Origin: Sphaerodactylus townsendi
Lineage: Eukaryota
Reading direction: 5' to 3'
DNA length: 64,000 nt
Assembly: GCF_021028975.2 (NCBI RefSeq)
Contig: NC_059427.1
Location: forward strand, 125,922,001-125,986,000
Made by a program: the position numbers and the translations under genes. Below the pieces are notes generated by a model. The model did not search any database. It was not told where the DNA came from and was given only the letters and a program-made list of their open reading frames with translations. Positions 50,401-59,497 of this stretch are shown piece by piece. The stretch's first letter is position 1. Each line of letters begins with the position of its first letter.

Positions 50401-50453
50401 GAGTCTTTCCGCCCTGGCTTTAGGGCTTCTTTCAGCTTGTCCACTATGGGCAT
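25972..50453 (-). CDS. USP36: Ubiquitin carboxyl-terminal hydrolase 36 (nucleolar deubiquitinase); 18 coding exons, 3324 nt, 1107 aa
   Basis: N-terminus [17 protein letters not shown], Cys box [20 protein letters not shown] motif, His box HAGHYY...NDS, C-terminus [20 protein letters not shown]. All introns are GT-AG and exon phases join into one open frame. Confidence 0.98.
26479..26626. mobile_element. Near-perfect palindromic hAT MITE (148 bp)
   Basis: TIR CAGGGGTAGGGAACCT; perfect TSD CCTTAGAA; centre CATGGCCAATTGGCCATG. Confidence 0.92.
26951..27097. mobile_element. Palindromic hAT MITE with hAT1-like ends
   Basis: Ends CCGTGGTGGCGAACCT / AGGTTCGCCACCACTG; perfect TSD ATCTACTC. Confidence 0.9.
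27912..28027 (-). CDS. USP36: USP36 coding exon 17 (116 nt)
   Basis: CCACAG|TA...AAG|GTGAGT; [15 protein letters not shown]...[11 protein letters not shown]. Confidence 0.95.
28153..28445 (+). mobile_element. Truncated hAT1-like element (left end only)
   Basis: Starts CAGTGGTGGCGAACCTATGGCACG; shares GAGCCCTCTCTGTGGGCACGCA with the 4706 element; no right TIR seen. Confidence 0.7.
28786..28941 (-). CDS. USP36: USP36 coding exon 16 (156 nt)
   Basis: ACACAG|CA...G|GTAATG; [19 protein letters not shown]. Confidence 0.92.
29854..30104 (-). CDS. USP36: USP36 coding exon 15 (251 nt)
   Basis: TTTCAG|C...CCAG|GTATGG; KKKKKKKQ run; phases fit both neighbours. Confidence 0.88.
30398..31020 (-). mobile_element. 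Non-autonomous hAT element, OC1-like, copy B (inverted relative to A)
   Basis: Same TIR; perfect TSD GCTTAGGT; arms are reverse complements of copy A. Confidence 0.9.
31849..32361 (-). CDS. USP36: USP36 coding exon 14 (513 nt, basic clusters)
   Basis: CTTCAG|G...AA|GTAAGA; KKRKRKH, RKKRQ and RKKKRKKR clusters. Confidence 0.9.
32447..32520. repeat. Compound microsatellite (CAT)11(AGA)13
   Basis: Read directly; contiguous with the SINE tail. Confidence 0.95.
32481..32800 (-). mobile_element. tRNA-derived SINE (Squam3-like) with expanded tail
   Basis: Family consensus; (AGA)13 tail as read on the plus strand. Confidence 0.9.
34423..34538 (-). CDS. USP36: USP36 coding exon 13 (116 nt)
   Basis: CTACAG|GGC...AG|GTAAGC; [21 protein letters not shown]...; bridges phase 0 to phase 2. 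Confidence 0.85.
35248..35892 (-). CDS. USP36: USP36 coding exon 12 (645 nt, Ser-rich low-complexity region)
   Basis: CTGCAG|AGG...AAG|GTGCGT; ends KLKSP...[17 protein letters not shown] as recalled for orthologues. Confidence 0.93.
36389..36644 (-). mobile_element. SINE (Squam3-like), 5'-truncated
   Basis: Family consensus and tail; head missing. Confidence 0.88.
37059..37245 (+). mobile_element. SPIN-like (Space Invader) non-autonomous hAT MITE
   Basis: CAGCGGTTCTCAACATGTGGGTCGCGA...GGAAGGTTGAGAACCACTG; TSD AGTTAGAG/AGTTAGTG. Confidence 0.88.
37482..37617 (-). CDS. USP36: USP36 coding exon 11 (136 nt)
   Basis: TCCAAG|G...AAA|GTGAGT; [10 protein letters not shown]...ASPLISK. Confidence 0.92.
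38222..38322 (-). CDS. USP36: USP36 coding exon 10 (101 nt)
   Basis: TTTCAG|...AG|GTAAGT; [33 protein letters not shown]. Confidence 0.96.
38857..39060 (+). repeat. Short interspersed repeat, same family as the cargo at about 22520-22700
   Basis: Shared GGCCTGG...ATCTCC...CTCCAG...ACAGAGA...TTCC...GAGAAAATG core. Confidence 0.65.
39813..39953 (-). CDS. USP36: USP36 coding exon 9 (141 nt, catalytic His box)
   Basis: TTTCAG|...AAG|GTGAGT; [14 protein letters not shown]...[17 protein letters not shown]. Confidence 0.96.
40462..40573 (-). CDS. USP36: USP36 coding exon 8 (112 nt)
   Basis: ATGTAG|...AAG|GTATGG; [37 protein letters not shown]. Confidence 0.96.
41092..41174 (-). CDS. USP36: USP36 coding exon 7 (83 nt)
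   Basis: TTACAG|CAG...AA|GTAAGT; [27 protein letters not shown]. Confidence 0.95.
41552..41919. mobile_element. GC-rich non-autonomous hAT-type element
   Basis: Perfect 8-bp TSD CAGATATC; ends CAGAAGCGTA / TATGCTCTG. Confidence 0.75.
42555..42625 (-). CDS. USP36: USP36 coding exon 6 (71 nt)
   Basis: TTGCAG|...AGG|GTATGG; [24 protein letters not shown]. Confidence 0.96.
42797..42864 (-). CDS. USP36: USP36 coding exon 5 (68 nt)
   Basis: CTCCAG|...G|GTGAGG; [22 protein letters not shown]. Confidence 0.96.
43207..43309. mobile_element. Tc1/mariner-superfamily MITE; related AAAATAAGCCCT repeats extend left to about 42995
   Basis: TA-flanked TIRs CCATATTTCCCCGAA / TTCGGGGAAACATGG. Confidence 0.75.
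43539..43641 (-). CDS. USP36: USP36 coding exon 4 (103 nt)
   Basis: TAACAG|...AA|GTAAGG; [33 protein letters not shown]. Confidence 0.96.
44139..44249 (-). CDS. USP36: USP36 coding exon 3 (111 nt)
   Basis: TTCCAG|...A|GTAAGT; [15 protein letters not shown]...FIRDLK. Confidence 0.96.
45800..46370. repeat. Degenerate GC-rich tandem repeat, period about 90 bp
   Basis: CTGCTCTGCTGGCCC(G/A)CAAAGCCCTCC recurs at about 46052, 46235 and 46325, with weaker copies at about 45886 and 46151. Confidence 0.7.
46761..47045 (-). mobile_element. SINE (Squam3-like), more diverged
   Basis: CCCAAGGTCACCCAGC core and head motif. Confidence 0.8.
47119..47311. mobile_element. hAT MITE
   Basis: TIRs CAGAGGTGGGATCCAA / TTGGATCCCACCACTG; perfect TSD CATAAAAC. 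Confidence 0.9.
47924..48640. repeat. Long imperfect inverted repeat (arms about 47924-48162 and 48405-48640), probably Penelope-like terminal repeats
   Basis: Arms align as reverse complements over about 240 bp by eye. The family assignment is inference. Confidence 0.75.
49364..49457 (-). mobile_element. Penelope-like terminal remnant
   Basis: GGCCATGAAAGCCTTCAACAATAC resembles recalled lizard Penelope ends; flanked by CTAAATATTTTT direct repeats. Confidence 0.5.
49894..50109 (-). CDS. USP36: USP36 coding exon 2 (216 nt, catalytic Cys box)
   Basis: TGGCAG|GC...T|GTGAGT; [13 protein letters not shown]...[18 protein letters not shown]. Confidence 0.96.
50201..50453 (-). CDS. USP36: USP36 coding exon 1 (253 nt; exon probably begins at 50505 with 5'UTR)
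   Basis: [14 protein letters not shown]...GSGRKQ; donor G|GTACCT; in-frame TGA 6 nt upstream of the ATG. Confidence 0.96.
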
Positions 50454-52659
50454 GGTGCGTCACCATGTGGTGGCAATAGCTGCCCTGCTAAGCAAGGGAA
50501 CTTTACTGTACAGGACAAAGCAACAAGAGAAGGTCAGCCAACAGTGGGTCTGTTAAGAGGAAATTCAAGACCATTACTATGATTTTTTTCAACAAACCCT
50601 TCTAAAGAATACACATTTAATCCAACACTGCATGGCTTCATTCCTTTCCTTTTCTGGGAGCAGAATCAGATCAGTTTTTCTGTTGCAAATTGTGAAAATT
50701 TTAGCAGGAATTTGTGGAAGCACCATGCACTAGAATTCATGGGAGTACCTATTAGCTAAAAAACTTGCAACTCTATTGGTTTTGAAGCAACAGACACTGC
50801 TCCAGTACTTCCAACCTTTCCTCATCATGAAGGTTAGAAACTTACTTCTCTGAAAGCCAAGATACAATAGCTTAGTAGATGGCATAGAAATTACAAAAGG
50901 AATGAATTCCAATATTCCAACCTAGGCTGCCTGATCTGTATGACACAAGCATAGGTTCCTAAGCAACCCAATACACTCCTTGGAATCCACGCACTGCAGG
51001 TCTGACATCTTTTAGTCCCAACAAAGAGAAAGGCTCTGAGATGAGAGGCCAAGGACTTCTCTATATGTTCTGCCATGTAAACCTCTCTAACAAACAAGAT
51101 CTTCCTAAGTTAGCTATCATGGCGTTCTGTACCTTGTTCAAAAACATCTTACAAAAGAGGAACTATGCATTTTGAATTTATTCTGGAAGATGACGATATA
51201 TTGATTTTGTTCTGAGGCAACCTCAGTCCCAAGACAGTTTCGCTTTGAAGCAAACAATTCACATCAAGGGCTTTCATTTTCAGGATTGAGATTGGCCACA
51301 TCCTCAGGTAGGCAGGTTAACAGCAGAGTGTAAACAAAGTGCCTACTACATCACTTGGGACTGCTTGGACTGCCCCAAGGTTGGCGTAGCAATGGGAGAA
51401 AAACAACACACTATCTAGAAACTCCAGGTTCTCTATTGGTGGAGAATTTTTTCCCTTTTAAATTGCCGTGCTGAATACAAGTGCTCACTTTGCAAATACA
51501 ATAGACCTTCCTGGCAAACAAGGCCATACTTGATTCTTGGAAAATAGAGATGTTTACAGCATCATAAATCCTGTTACAAATTTTTTCCCTACCAGTACCA
51601 CAAAACCAAAAGAAACAGTTGCAACTGCTCTTGAAAAGTTTTGGGCTGCTTAATGCTAGTGGTACAGTTGCTTCTCAAAAAATATTTGTACTATCATCTG
51701 GAGAAGATGGGAGGCTGTAAATACAAATAAGCAGGTCGCTGTGTGAATACTGCACCTGCTTGGGAATCACTGGCACATGGTCTTTATATGTAATTAGAGA
51801 CTGTGCCTGGAATGCATTTCCATATGTCATGACTGCTGCCTAGAATCCAAAGCTCACATAATCAGTTTTCATTACATCGCCTTACATACAAATCTGACAC
51901 CAGAAACACCATTAAGCACCACATTCCACCAGAGTAACACAACAGTGTTGTGAAAGCTTCCAAGAGAAAAATGGGCCCTTCATTACTGGCATCATCCTAT
52001 GAATGGTAGCATGGAAGGACACTGTGGCCAGCTATTCTTTTTTTAAAAATCCAAAGAATTTGGAACCAAGAAGCTGCTTCCTTGGTCTAACGTCCTACAC
52101 TGAGCCAGCACGTTCTCATTTGGAAAGCAAAAGATATGTTTCAGGGATAGGCTGTTTATCCAGGTGGCCAGCTGCTCAGCACTGTGACGCCCTTGTGCAT
52201 CAGGACAGCTGCGTCTTGCCACAGGAGCAGCATCCAACCCAACAGCCAAGATTACTGGACTCAAACAGAAAGGCGAGAAAGGGGGGGGGGGAGCAGGGAG
52301 AGAATGCTGCTCTGTGCACCTTTGGACCTGAAAAGCAATTCAGCAAAACTGAACCATCAAGGCAAAGAGATGGACACAGATTTAAACTTGGAGTCGAGAT
52401 GCTCCCGAGAAACGTTTTGCCACATTCAGCAAACACATCCTCAACAGTCAGATGGGGATAACAAATATAACGGAGGTTCCTTTGCGTACAAATATGCAAA
52501 GAGGTTCAAGCCTGGTTTGTGCATGACTGAAGACAGCAGCAGAACTGATGCGATAGTCTGGAATACCTCCGATGGCAGTGGAGGGATTACACTGTTCACA
52601 TTTTTCCTATTTTAATAACCCCCTAGAAACAGAAAACTAGCACAGCACACAAAGGTGCA

Positions 52660-54180
52660 GGACAGCACCCATCACTTTGGGGGGGACGGGGGACGACTGC
52701 ATGTCAAAATCAGGCCTACAACGCAGTAGAAGCAAGAAGGGAAATGCAACTGTATGCAGCCCGGCCTAGCTCTAAAGAGAGCGATTCCGCCCCTTCCGTT
52801 CAGTCTACCCGAGGGGAGCTGCCCCCGCTTTTCCTCCTCCTCCTCCAAAGCTGGAACACGCATTCGACCAACCACCTTCGCACGACCCACCGTCGCCCCT
52901 GAACACAGAGCCACCGCTGTCACCCCAGGCCAGACCCCCGGATGCCCCAGGCGATCCTGCCAATACCAGCAAGCTTCCTAAGGAGCGGCTCTGCATTGGT
53001 GCAAAGGGGCCCCTTGCCACCCTCACGCATGTCGCCGCCTCGCAAACGCTGCCCATCGCCTGCTCCCGGGCCTCTCGCAACACCGTCGGAACAAGCCTCT
53101 GACCCAGGGGCAGTGGTGGGATTCCAATAATTTAACAACCGGTTGTGTCCCCAGACCTCTTTTGCTTTCTGCCGGGGATCGGGGCAATCTGTTCGGGGAG
53201 GCCGGGGGCGGGGGGGCAAGAGCTGGCTGGGGGCTGGAGCACAACACGAGACTGGAGTCACTGGCGTGGAGACAGCAAAACCGGCCGAGCGTTAGACCCC
53301 CTCCAGCCTCTGATCCACCCCACCCGTCGAGCTGCACCCACCTACCTCGGGCCTCTCCCCAACACCGGCTGGGCTGGACGGCAACCTTGCCCGGCGCCCT
53401 TCCCCGGCCCGCACTCACCCGACGGGGACGCTGCGTCCGCCCCGCGCGCGCGCGCTCATCCACACACGTGTCCCCGCGCGGCGTTCGGAGAAAGGAGCTG
53501 CTAGGCCGCCGCGCAGGGCCCGATCCTCACCCGAAAGGGGCGGGGGAAGCCAGGCGCTCCGCCCGTCTCCTGTGACGCCGCCCAGCTCGGCCTGCCTGCG
53601 CCTTCGGGGGAGGCAGCGCCGCCTGGTGCAGCAGAGGCCTCGCCCGAACGTCACCCCCGTCTCAGCGCCCGCCCGCCCGCCAGGCTGCACTGTTGTTGTC
53701 GCCTTGGCCGTCTCGGTGGCACTGGCTAGATGCAGATGTGGCGGGGGTGCCACGGCGCGTGACGGAGGAAGACGCGTGTCAGGAATCCCAAAAAGCGCAG
53801 TGTCCCGCAGCGACTGGATAACATTTCCTGCCACGTGCTTTTCTCCTAGGGGAGGGGGGGAAAATGAAGAGAGGATCCTGTAATATAGGACGCGCTGGGA
53901 AAGAGCTACAGGAGGACGTCAGGATTGTGCAAGAACGTTTAACAAGCTTTGTTGCTCAGTTAGGGTTTCCCAGCCAGTTTTCAGATGAAATATATGGCTG
54001 ACAACAACTATTTTACAAAGGTCCTCTTGTGGACTGCCCTTAGTCGTCCTCCGCTCGCGATCCCCTCCGTTCGTTCAGTCAACGTGGGTAGCTGAACAGG
54101 GAGCTGCTCCCGCGCCCTACAGCTGACCCAGAGGGTGGGTTGATGACAGCTGCCTTATCCCAGCGTCGAGTGACAAGTCC
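52660..54180 (-). promoter_or_regulatory. USP36: CpG-island promoter and non-coding first exon(s) of USP36
   Basis: Dense CpG. Candidate donors GG|GTGAGT (exon end 53419) and GG|GTGAGG (exon end 53531); CACGTG at 53465 and 53832; GC boxes. Confidence 0.8.
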
Positions 54181-54204
54181 TGTGCTCAGAGCTACTGAGT
54201 CAAA

Positions 54205-54332
54205 CCATTGGCAGTGTTGCCTACTCTGACTGGCATCCGCTCTCTGGGATGAAGGCCTTCCAACTGGAATTGCCTTGAATCACAAGACCTTCTACATGCA
54301 AAGTAGATGCTCCAAAACTGAGCCCCTGCCCA
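54205..54332 (-). mobile_element. Diverged tRNA-headed SINE of a second family
   Basis: Minus strand GGGCTCAGTTTTGGAGCATCTACTTTGCATGTAGAAGGTC is a decayed tRNA-like head. Confidence 0.55.
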
Positions 54333-54497
54333 TGGCAATGGCCCCTATATTTGGCAGTGACGGAGTGGATCAGCTTTGAAAACAAACAAATGTGCATGTT
54401 GGGAATCAGGGAAGGAGTGCACTGGAAAGAAAGGCAGGTATTGCTGCCATAGATATCAAGAAGATCCCCCTGTTAGAAGAGCAAAACAAATCCTATA

Positions 54498-54700
54498 CAG
54501 TGGTGTAGTGGTTTGTGTCAGACTTTGATATGAGAGATTCGGATCCAAATCTCTGTCACGGAAGTTTCCTGAGTGACTGGATTAGTCAATCCTCCTTGAC
54601 CTATACTACCTCACAGGGTGATCGTTGTGAGGAGAAAATGAAAAAGGGGAGAATGTTGGGCCCCCATTGGGGACAAAAGTTTGGTATAAAATACCTAAAT
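54498..54700 (+). mobile_element. Old SINE copy
   Basis: TGGTGTAGTGGTT head; CTACCTCACAGGGTG...GTTGTGAGG core. Confidence 0.65.
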
Positions 54701-55022
54701 AATTTTTTAAAATCCCTACTATTTTTGCCATGCCCTATGATCATCAACAGGAAGCAAGAAGGATGAACCTAGGGATAAAATAGTGCTACAATATAGTCAA
54801 AAGGAGTTCAATGTTACCAAAGTTGATGAGTCTAGTTGAAATGGTTTTATATTACACTGTTTGAACAGCAAACACAAAGGATATTCTTTTTTAAAGCTTA
54901 TAAATTGGATTTCTGCAAATCGATTTATAGGGAAAAAACCAAATGATCTAAATAACAAATTAGTTGCTCTGTGCATTTTGCACTGGGTGCTTTTCATCGG
55001 GAATGAATCATGTCCAGAAAAG

Positions 55023-58000
55023 GAACATAAGAACAAGTCAGCTAGATCAGACCAGAGTCCATCTAGTCCAGCTCTCTGCTACTCGCAGTGGCCCACCAGG
55101 TGCCTTTGGGAGCTCACATGCAGGATGTGAAAGCAATGGCCTTCTGCGGCTGTTGCTCCCAATCACCTTCTACATGCAAAGATGAAAATGAAAACCACTC
55201 GGTCACTGCAGGGGCTCAGTTTTGGAGCATCTACTTTGCATGTAGAAGGTGTTAAGGCATTTGTAATCTCAGATCAAGGAGGATCAAGATTGGTAGCCAT
55301 AAATCGACTTCTCCTCCAAAATCTGTCCAAGCCCCTTTTAAAGCTATCCAAGTTAGTGGCATCACCACCTCCTGTGGCAGCATATTCCAAACACCAATCA
55401 CACGTTGCGTGAAGAAGTGTTTCCTTTTATTAGTTCTAATTCTTCCCCCCAGCATTTTCAATGTATGCCCCCGGTTCTAGTATTGTGAGAAAGAGAGAAA
55501 AATTTCTCTCTGTCAACATTTTCTACCCCATGCATAATTTTGTAGACTTTAATCATATCCCCCCTCAGCCGCCTCCTCTCCAAACTAAAGAGTCCCAAAC
55601 GCTGCAGCCTCTCCTCATAGGGAAGGTGCTCCAGTCCCTCAATCATCCTTGTTGCCCTTCTCTGCACTTTTTCTATTTCCTCGATATCCTTTTGAGAATC
55701 GCGGTGACCAAGAACTGGACACAGTACTCAGAATCTTGCTTGGTCGCACCACTGCTTTATATAAAGGGCATGACAATCTTGGTGCAGTTTTATTATCCAA
55801 TTCCTTTTCTAATGATCCTCATAGCATAGAGTTTGCCTTTTTTACAGCTGCCATGCATTGTGTTGACATTCCCATGGAACTATCAACTAAAGACGCCCTG
55901 AAATCCCTTTTCCTGGTCTTTTGTGACTGATAGCACTTTCGACCCTGTAGTGTGTATGTGAAGTTTGGATTTTTTGCCCCTATGTGTGAAAATCACTTTT
56001 GCATTTTGCTACATTGAACTGTGACATTTTGCCATTTCTGAGCCCACTCACCTGAATTTATCAAGGTCCGCTTGGAGCTCTTAGCATATCCTTTGTGGTT
56101 CTCCACCACCCTACATAATTTGGTATCATCTGCAAAACTTGGCCACCACGCTACCCACCCCTACTTCCAGGTCTCATTTTATGAATAGGTTAAAGAGCAC
56201 TGGTCCCAAAAGCGGATCCTTGGGGGACACCACTCCGACCCATCTCTCCATTGTGAGAGAACTTCCCGATTTACAACCCACTCTTTGTTTCCTGGGTTTC
56301 TCCAACCAAGTTTTTTAATCCATAGGAGGACTTCCCTCTTATTCGCTTTTCATTGCTTGAGTTTTCTCAACAGTCTCTGGTGAGGAACTTTGTCAAAAGC
56401 CTTTTGGAAATCCAAGTAGACAATGTCGCACCGGTTCACCCCTGTCCACATGCCTGTTTTTTTACACCCTCAAAAGAACTTCTAGTAGAGTTTGTAGAAG
56501 ACCCAGGATTTGCCTCTGCAAAAGCCATGCTGACTCTTTCTCAGCAGGTCTTGCTTTTCTACATAATTTTATCTTTAATGATAGATTCTACTAATTTACC
56601 AGGAACAGATATCAAACTGACTGGCCTGTAATTTCCCTGGTCCCCCCTAGATCCTTTCTTAAAGATTGGTGTGACATTGGCCATCTTCCAGTCTTCAGGG
56701 ATGGAGCCTGATTTCAGGGATAAGTTGCATATTAAAGTGAGAAGATCAGCAATTTCATTAGCTTGAGCCTCTTTTAAGAACTCTTGGGTGGAATACAATC
56801 TGGGGCCAGGGGATTTGGTAGCATTTAGTTTATCAATGGCTGCCAAGGAACTTCTTTCGCCTTTGTCTACGACCTATCTTAGCTAGTTCCCTCAGATTCG
56901 CCTCACTGAAGCTTGGTTCATGAGTGCAGGAATGTTCCTCACCTCCTCTTGGGTGAAGACAGATGGCCAAAAGGAATTCATTCAGCTTCTCTGCAATCTC
57001 CCTGCCATCTTTTTAGCACACCGCTTTTGTTCCTTTTGTCATCCTAACGGGCCTACCGCTTCCCTTGCTGGCTTCCTGGCTTTTGATGTTACTTGAAGAA
57101 CTGTTTGTTGCTGGTCTTGATGTTCGCAGCCATGCGTTCCATCATAACTCCTTTTTTGCGCTCCTTTTACAGCTAACTTGGCTTCTCTTTTTGCCACCAT
57201 TTGTGTTCCCTCTCATATTCTTCTCTCATCAGTCGAAACTGGACTTCCATTTTTTTCTAAAAGACGATTTTCTTTTTTTTCTGAGTAATTTCCTCAACCT
57301 CTCTTAGTTAGTTAACCATGGTGGCTTTCTTTTTGGACCGGGTATGCTGCCTTTTCTAACCTTGTGGGAACACATTCCAGCTGAGCTTTTATTACTGTGT
57401 TTTTAGAATAACCTCCAAGCATCCTGGACAGTTTTTGACTCTGCTTGATTTTTCCCTTTCAGCTTCCTGCGCACTATCCCCTCATCTTTGAGAAATTTCC
57501 CCTTTCTGAAGGGGCGAATGTAACTTAACATTAGTGAGTTGCCATTTTGTTCAGCATGCGCTGAGAACCACTGAATCTGACAGCATTGTGGTAAGCTGTT
57601 CCCTATTGAGCTCAACAACACTGACTTCTCCTCACCAGGTCCTGGGTGTCCCACATAGAATTAGATCTAGAGATCACCTCTCCCTGGTTGGTTCCACAAC
57701 CATCTGCTCCTAAGCCACAGTCATTTAGCCTATCCAGGATATGCTCTCTCCTTACTAAGTGACCTGAACATGCATTTTTTCCAGTTTTATATAGGGGATA
57801 GTTAAAAATCACCCATTACCACTACATTTTGTTGTTTTGTTTTGGTGACCTCTCTAATTTTTTCTTTTTTCCATCTCAGAATCCTCTTGTGCACTTTGGT
57901 CCAGGGGGGGGCCGATAATATATTCCTAATATTAAACTGTCCTTCACACCTGGTATTGATATCCGAACAGTGATTCTGTAAGAATCAGCTCCCCTTGCAT

Positions 58001-59497
58001 TGTCTTTTTTTGGCCATTTTATTTTGTGATACTATGCTCTCTTTGATGTAAAGGGCAACGCTCCACCCTGACAATCGCCCTGTCCGCACTTATCCTTCCT
58101 ATAGAGCCTGTAGCCTGGCAATTATAACAGCATCCCACTGGTTCTCCTTTCCTCATTCCACCATGTCTCTGTAATGCCCACTCATATCAGATTAAGTCCT
58201 CCTTCAAAACTCTGTACTCCAGCTCCCCATTTTTTGAGGTTTCGAGGAATTAGCTTCTACTATTAGGCATAGAGACACCTGTATACCTGTCTCTGTAATC
58301 CTTAACCTGGGATTTATGTGCTTTACCCTCAAGTCTTTTTGTAGACACTATCCCTTGTCACATGCACATACTTCTATGTTCCTCAAAGCTTTGGCCATGT
58401 GGGTTGATTTAGAAAAACCTCCCTCTCTGTCTGCATCCCTATATAGATACTGTATTCGGAACTCAAGTCCACCTCAGCTCCTGTCGGCTTTCCCCCAGGG
58501 CTCCAGTTTTAAAAGCTGTTCTGCCACCTTTTACTTAATGTTGGAGCACCAGCAGCCTGGATTTCCTCTTTGGATTAAGATGAAGCCCGGTCCCGTTTGT
58601 ACAGGGCCTGCCTTGTCCCAAAAAGGTTTCCCCAGTTCCTGACAAATCTGAAACCCTCTGCCTTACACCCACCTTCCTCATCCACGCGCCCCATTGGGAC
58701 CCTGTATCTCCGCTTGCCCTAAGCTTGCCCTGCGGTGCAGGGAGCGGGTAGCATTTCTGAGAATGCTCACCTTGGGGGGTCCTGGACTTCCAACCTGTTT
58801 CCTAGGCAGCCTAGAATTTAGCTTCCAGAACCTCCCGGCTACATTTCCCAATGTCAATTTGGTGCCAATGTGGGACCACAACTGTACTGACTCCACCCCA
58901 GCACTGTCTAAAAGCCGCTATCTAGACCGGAAAGCGTGACATCCGCAAGAACCTTCGCACCAGGAGCGGAGGCAAGTCACTATCACCGGTCATCAGCAGC
59001 CTCTCACAAACTCCAACTCTCTACATTTCCTAATGATCGAGATCACCCACTTCACTGAGGAGCACCCCACCTCCTCGAGGGGTATCCTCAAAGTCGCGAG
59101 AGGATAGCTGATCACCAGTTAAGGAAGGGATCCCATCTAAGGGAGCATCTTCCCCCACCTCAGACTGGCACCCTCCGTCCCCAAGACCTTCATTCTCCAT
59201 GACATCTGAAGAGATGTCACCTTGGGAGTGGGACCCGGTTGTTAGGTCCCTGAAAGCCTCGTCTGTCACCCTCTCTGCCTCTTTCAGCTTCTCCAAGTTC
59301 AAGCCACCTTATGCGGGCTTCAAGAGAATGCACACGTTCCTTGAGTGCCAGGAGCTCATTGCAGCGAGGGCACACCCACGACTTCTGTCCTAGTGGCAGA
59401 TAGTCATACATGTAACACTCAGTGCAAAACACTGGAAAGCCCCCATCCCCCTGCTGGCTTTCTGCCTTCATATCTGGCTTTCTGCCTTCATATCTGG
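55023..59497 (-). mobile_element. CR1 LINE, near full-length (ORF1 zinc-finger/esterase type; ORF2 endonuclease-reverse transcriptase), frameshifted as given
   Basis: ORF1 start MKAESQQGDGGFPVFCTEC...WVCPRC; RT segments IPEDWKMANVTPIFKKG...NYRPVSL, FADDT (about 56121-56136) and MQRRATRMIEGLEHLPYEERL; TTCTTATGTTC-type 3' tail. Confidence 0.95.

Noticed and set aside
49820-50556. Plus-strand ORFs of 141 and 162 aa
   Set aside because: Antisense shadows of USP36 coding exons 1-2.
52672-53883. Many overlapping 80-146 aa ORFs on both strands
   Set aside because: Expected from stop-codon scarcity in a CpG island; no homology recognised.
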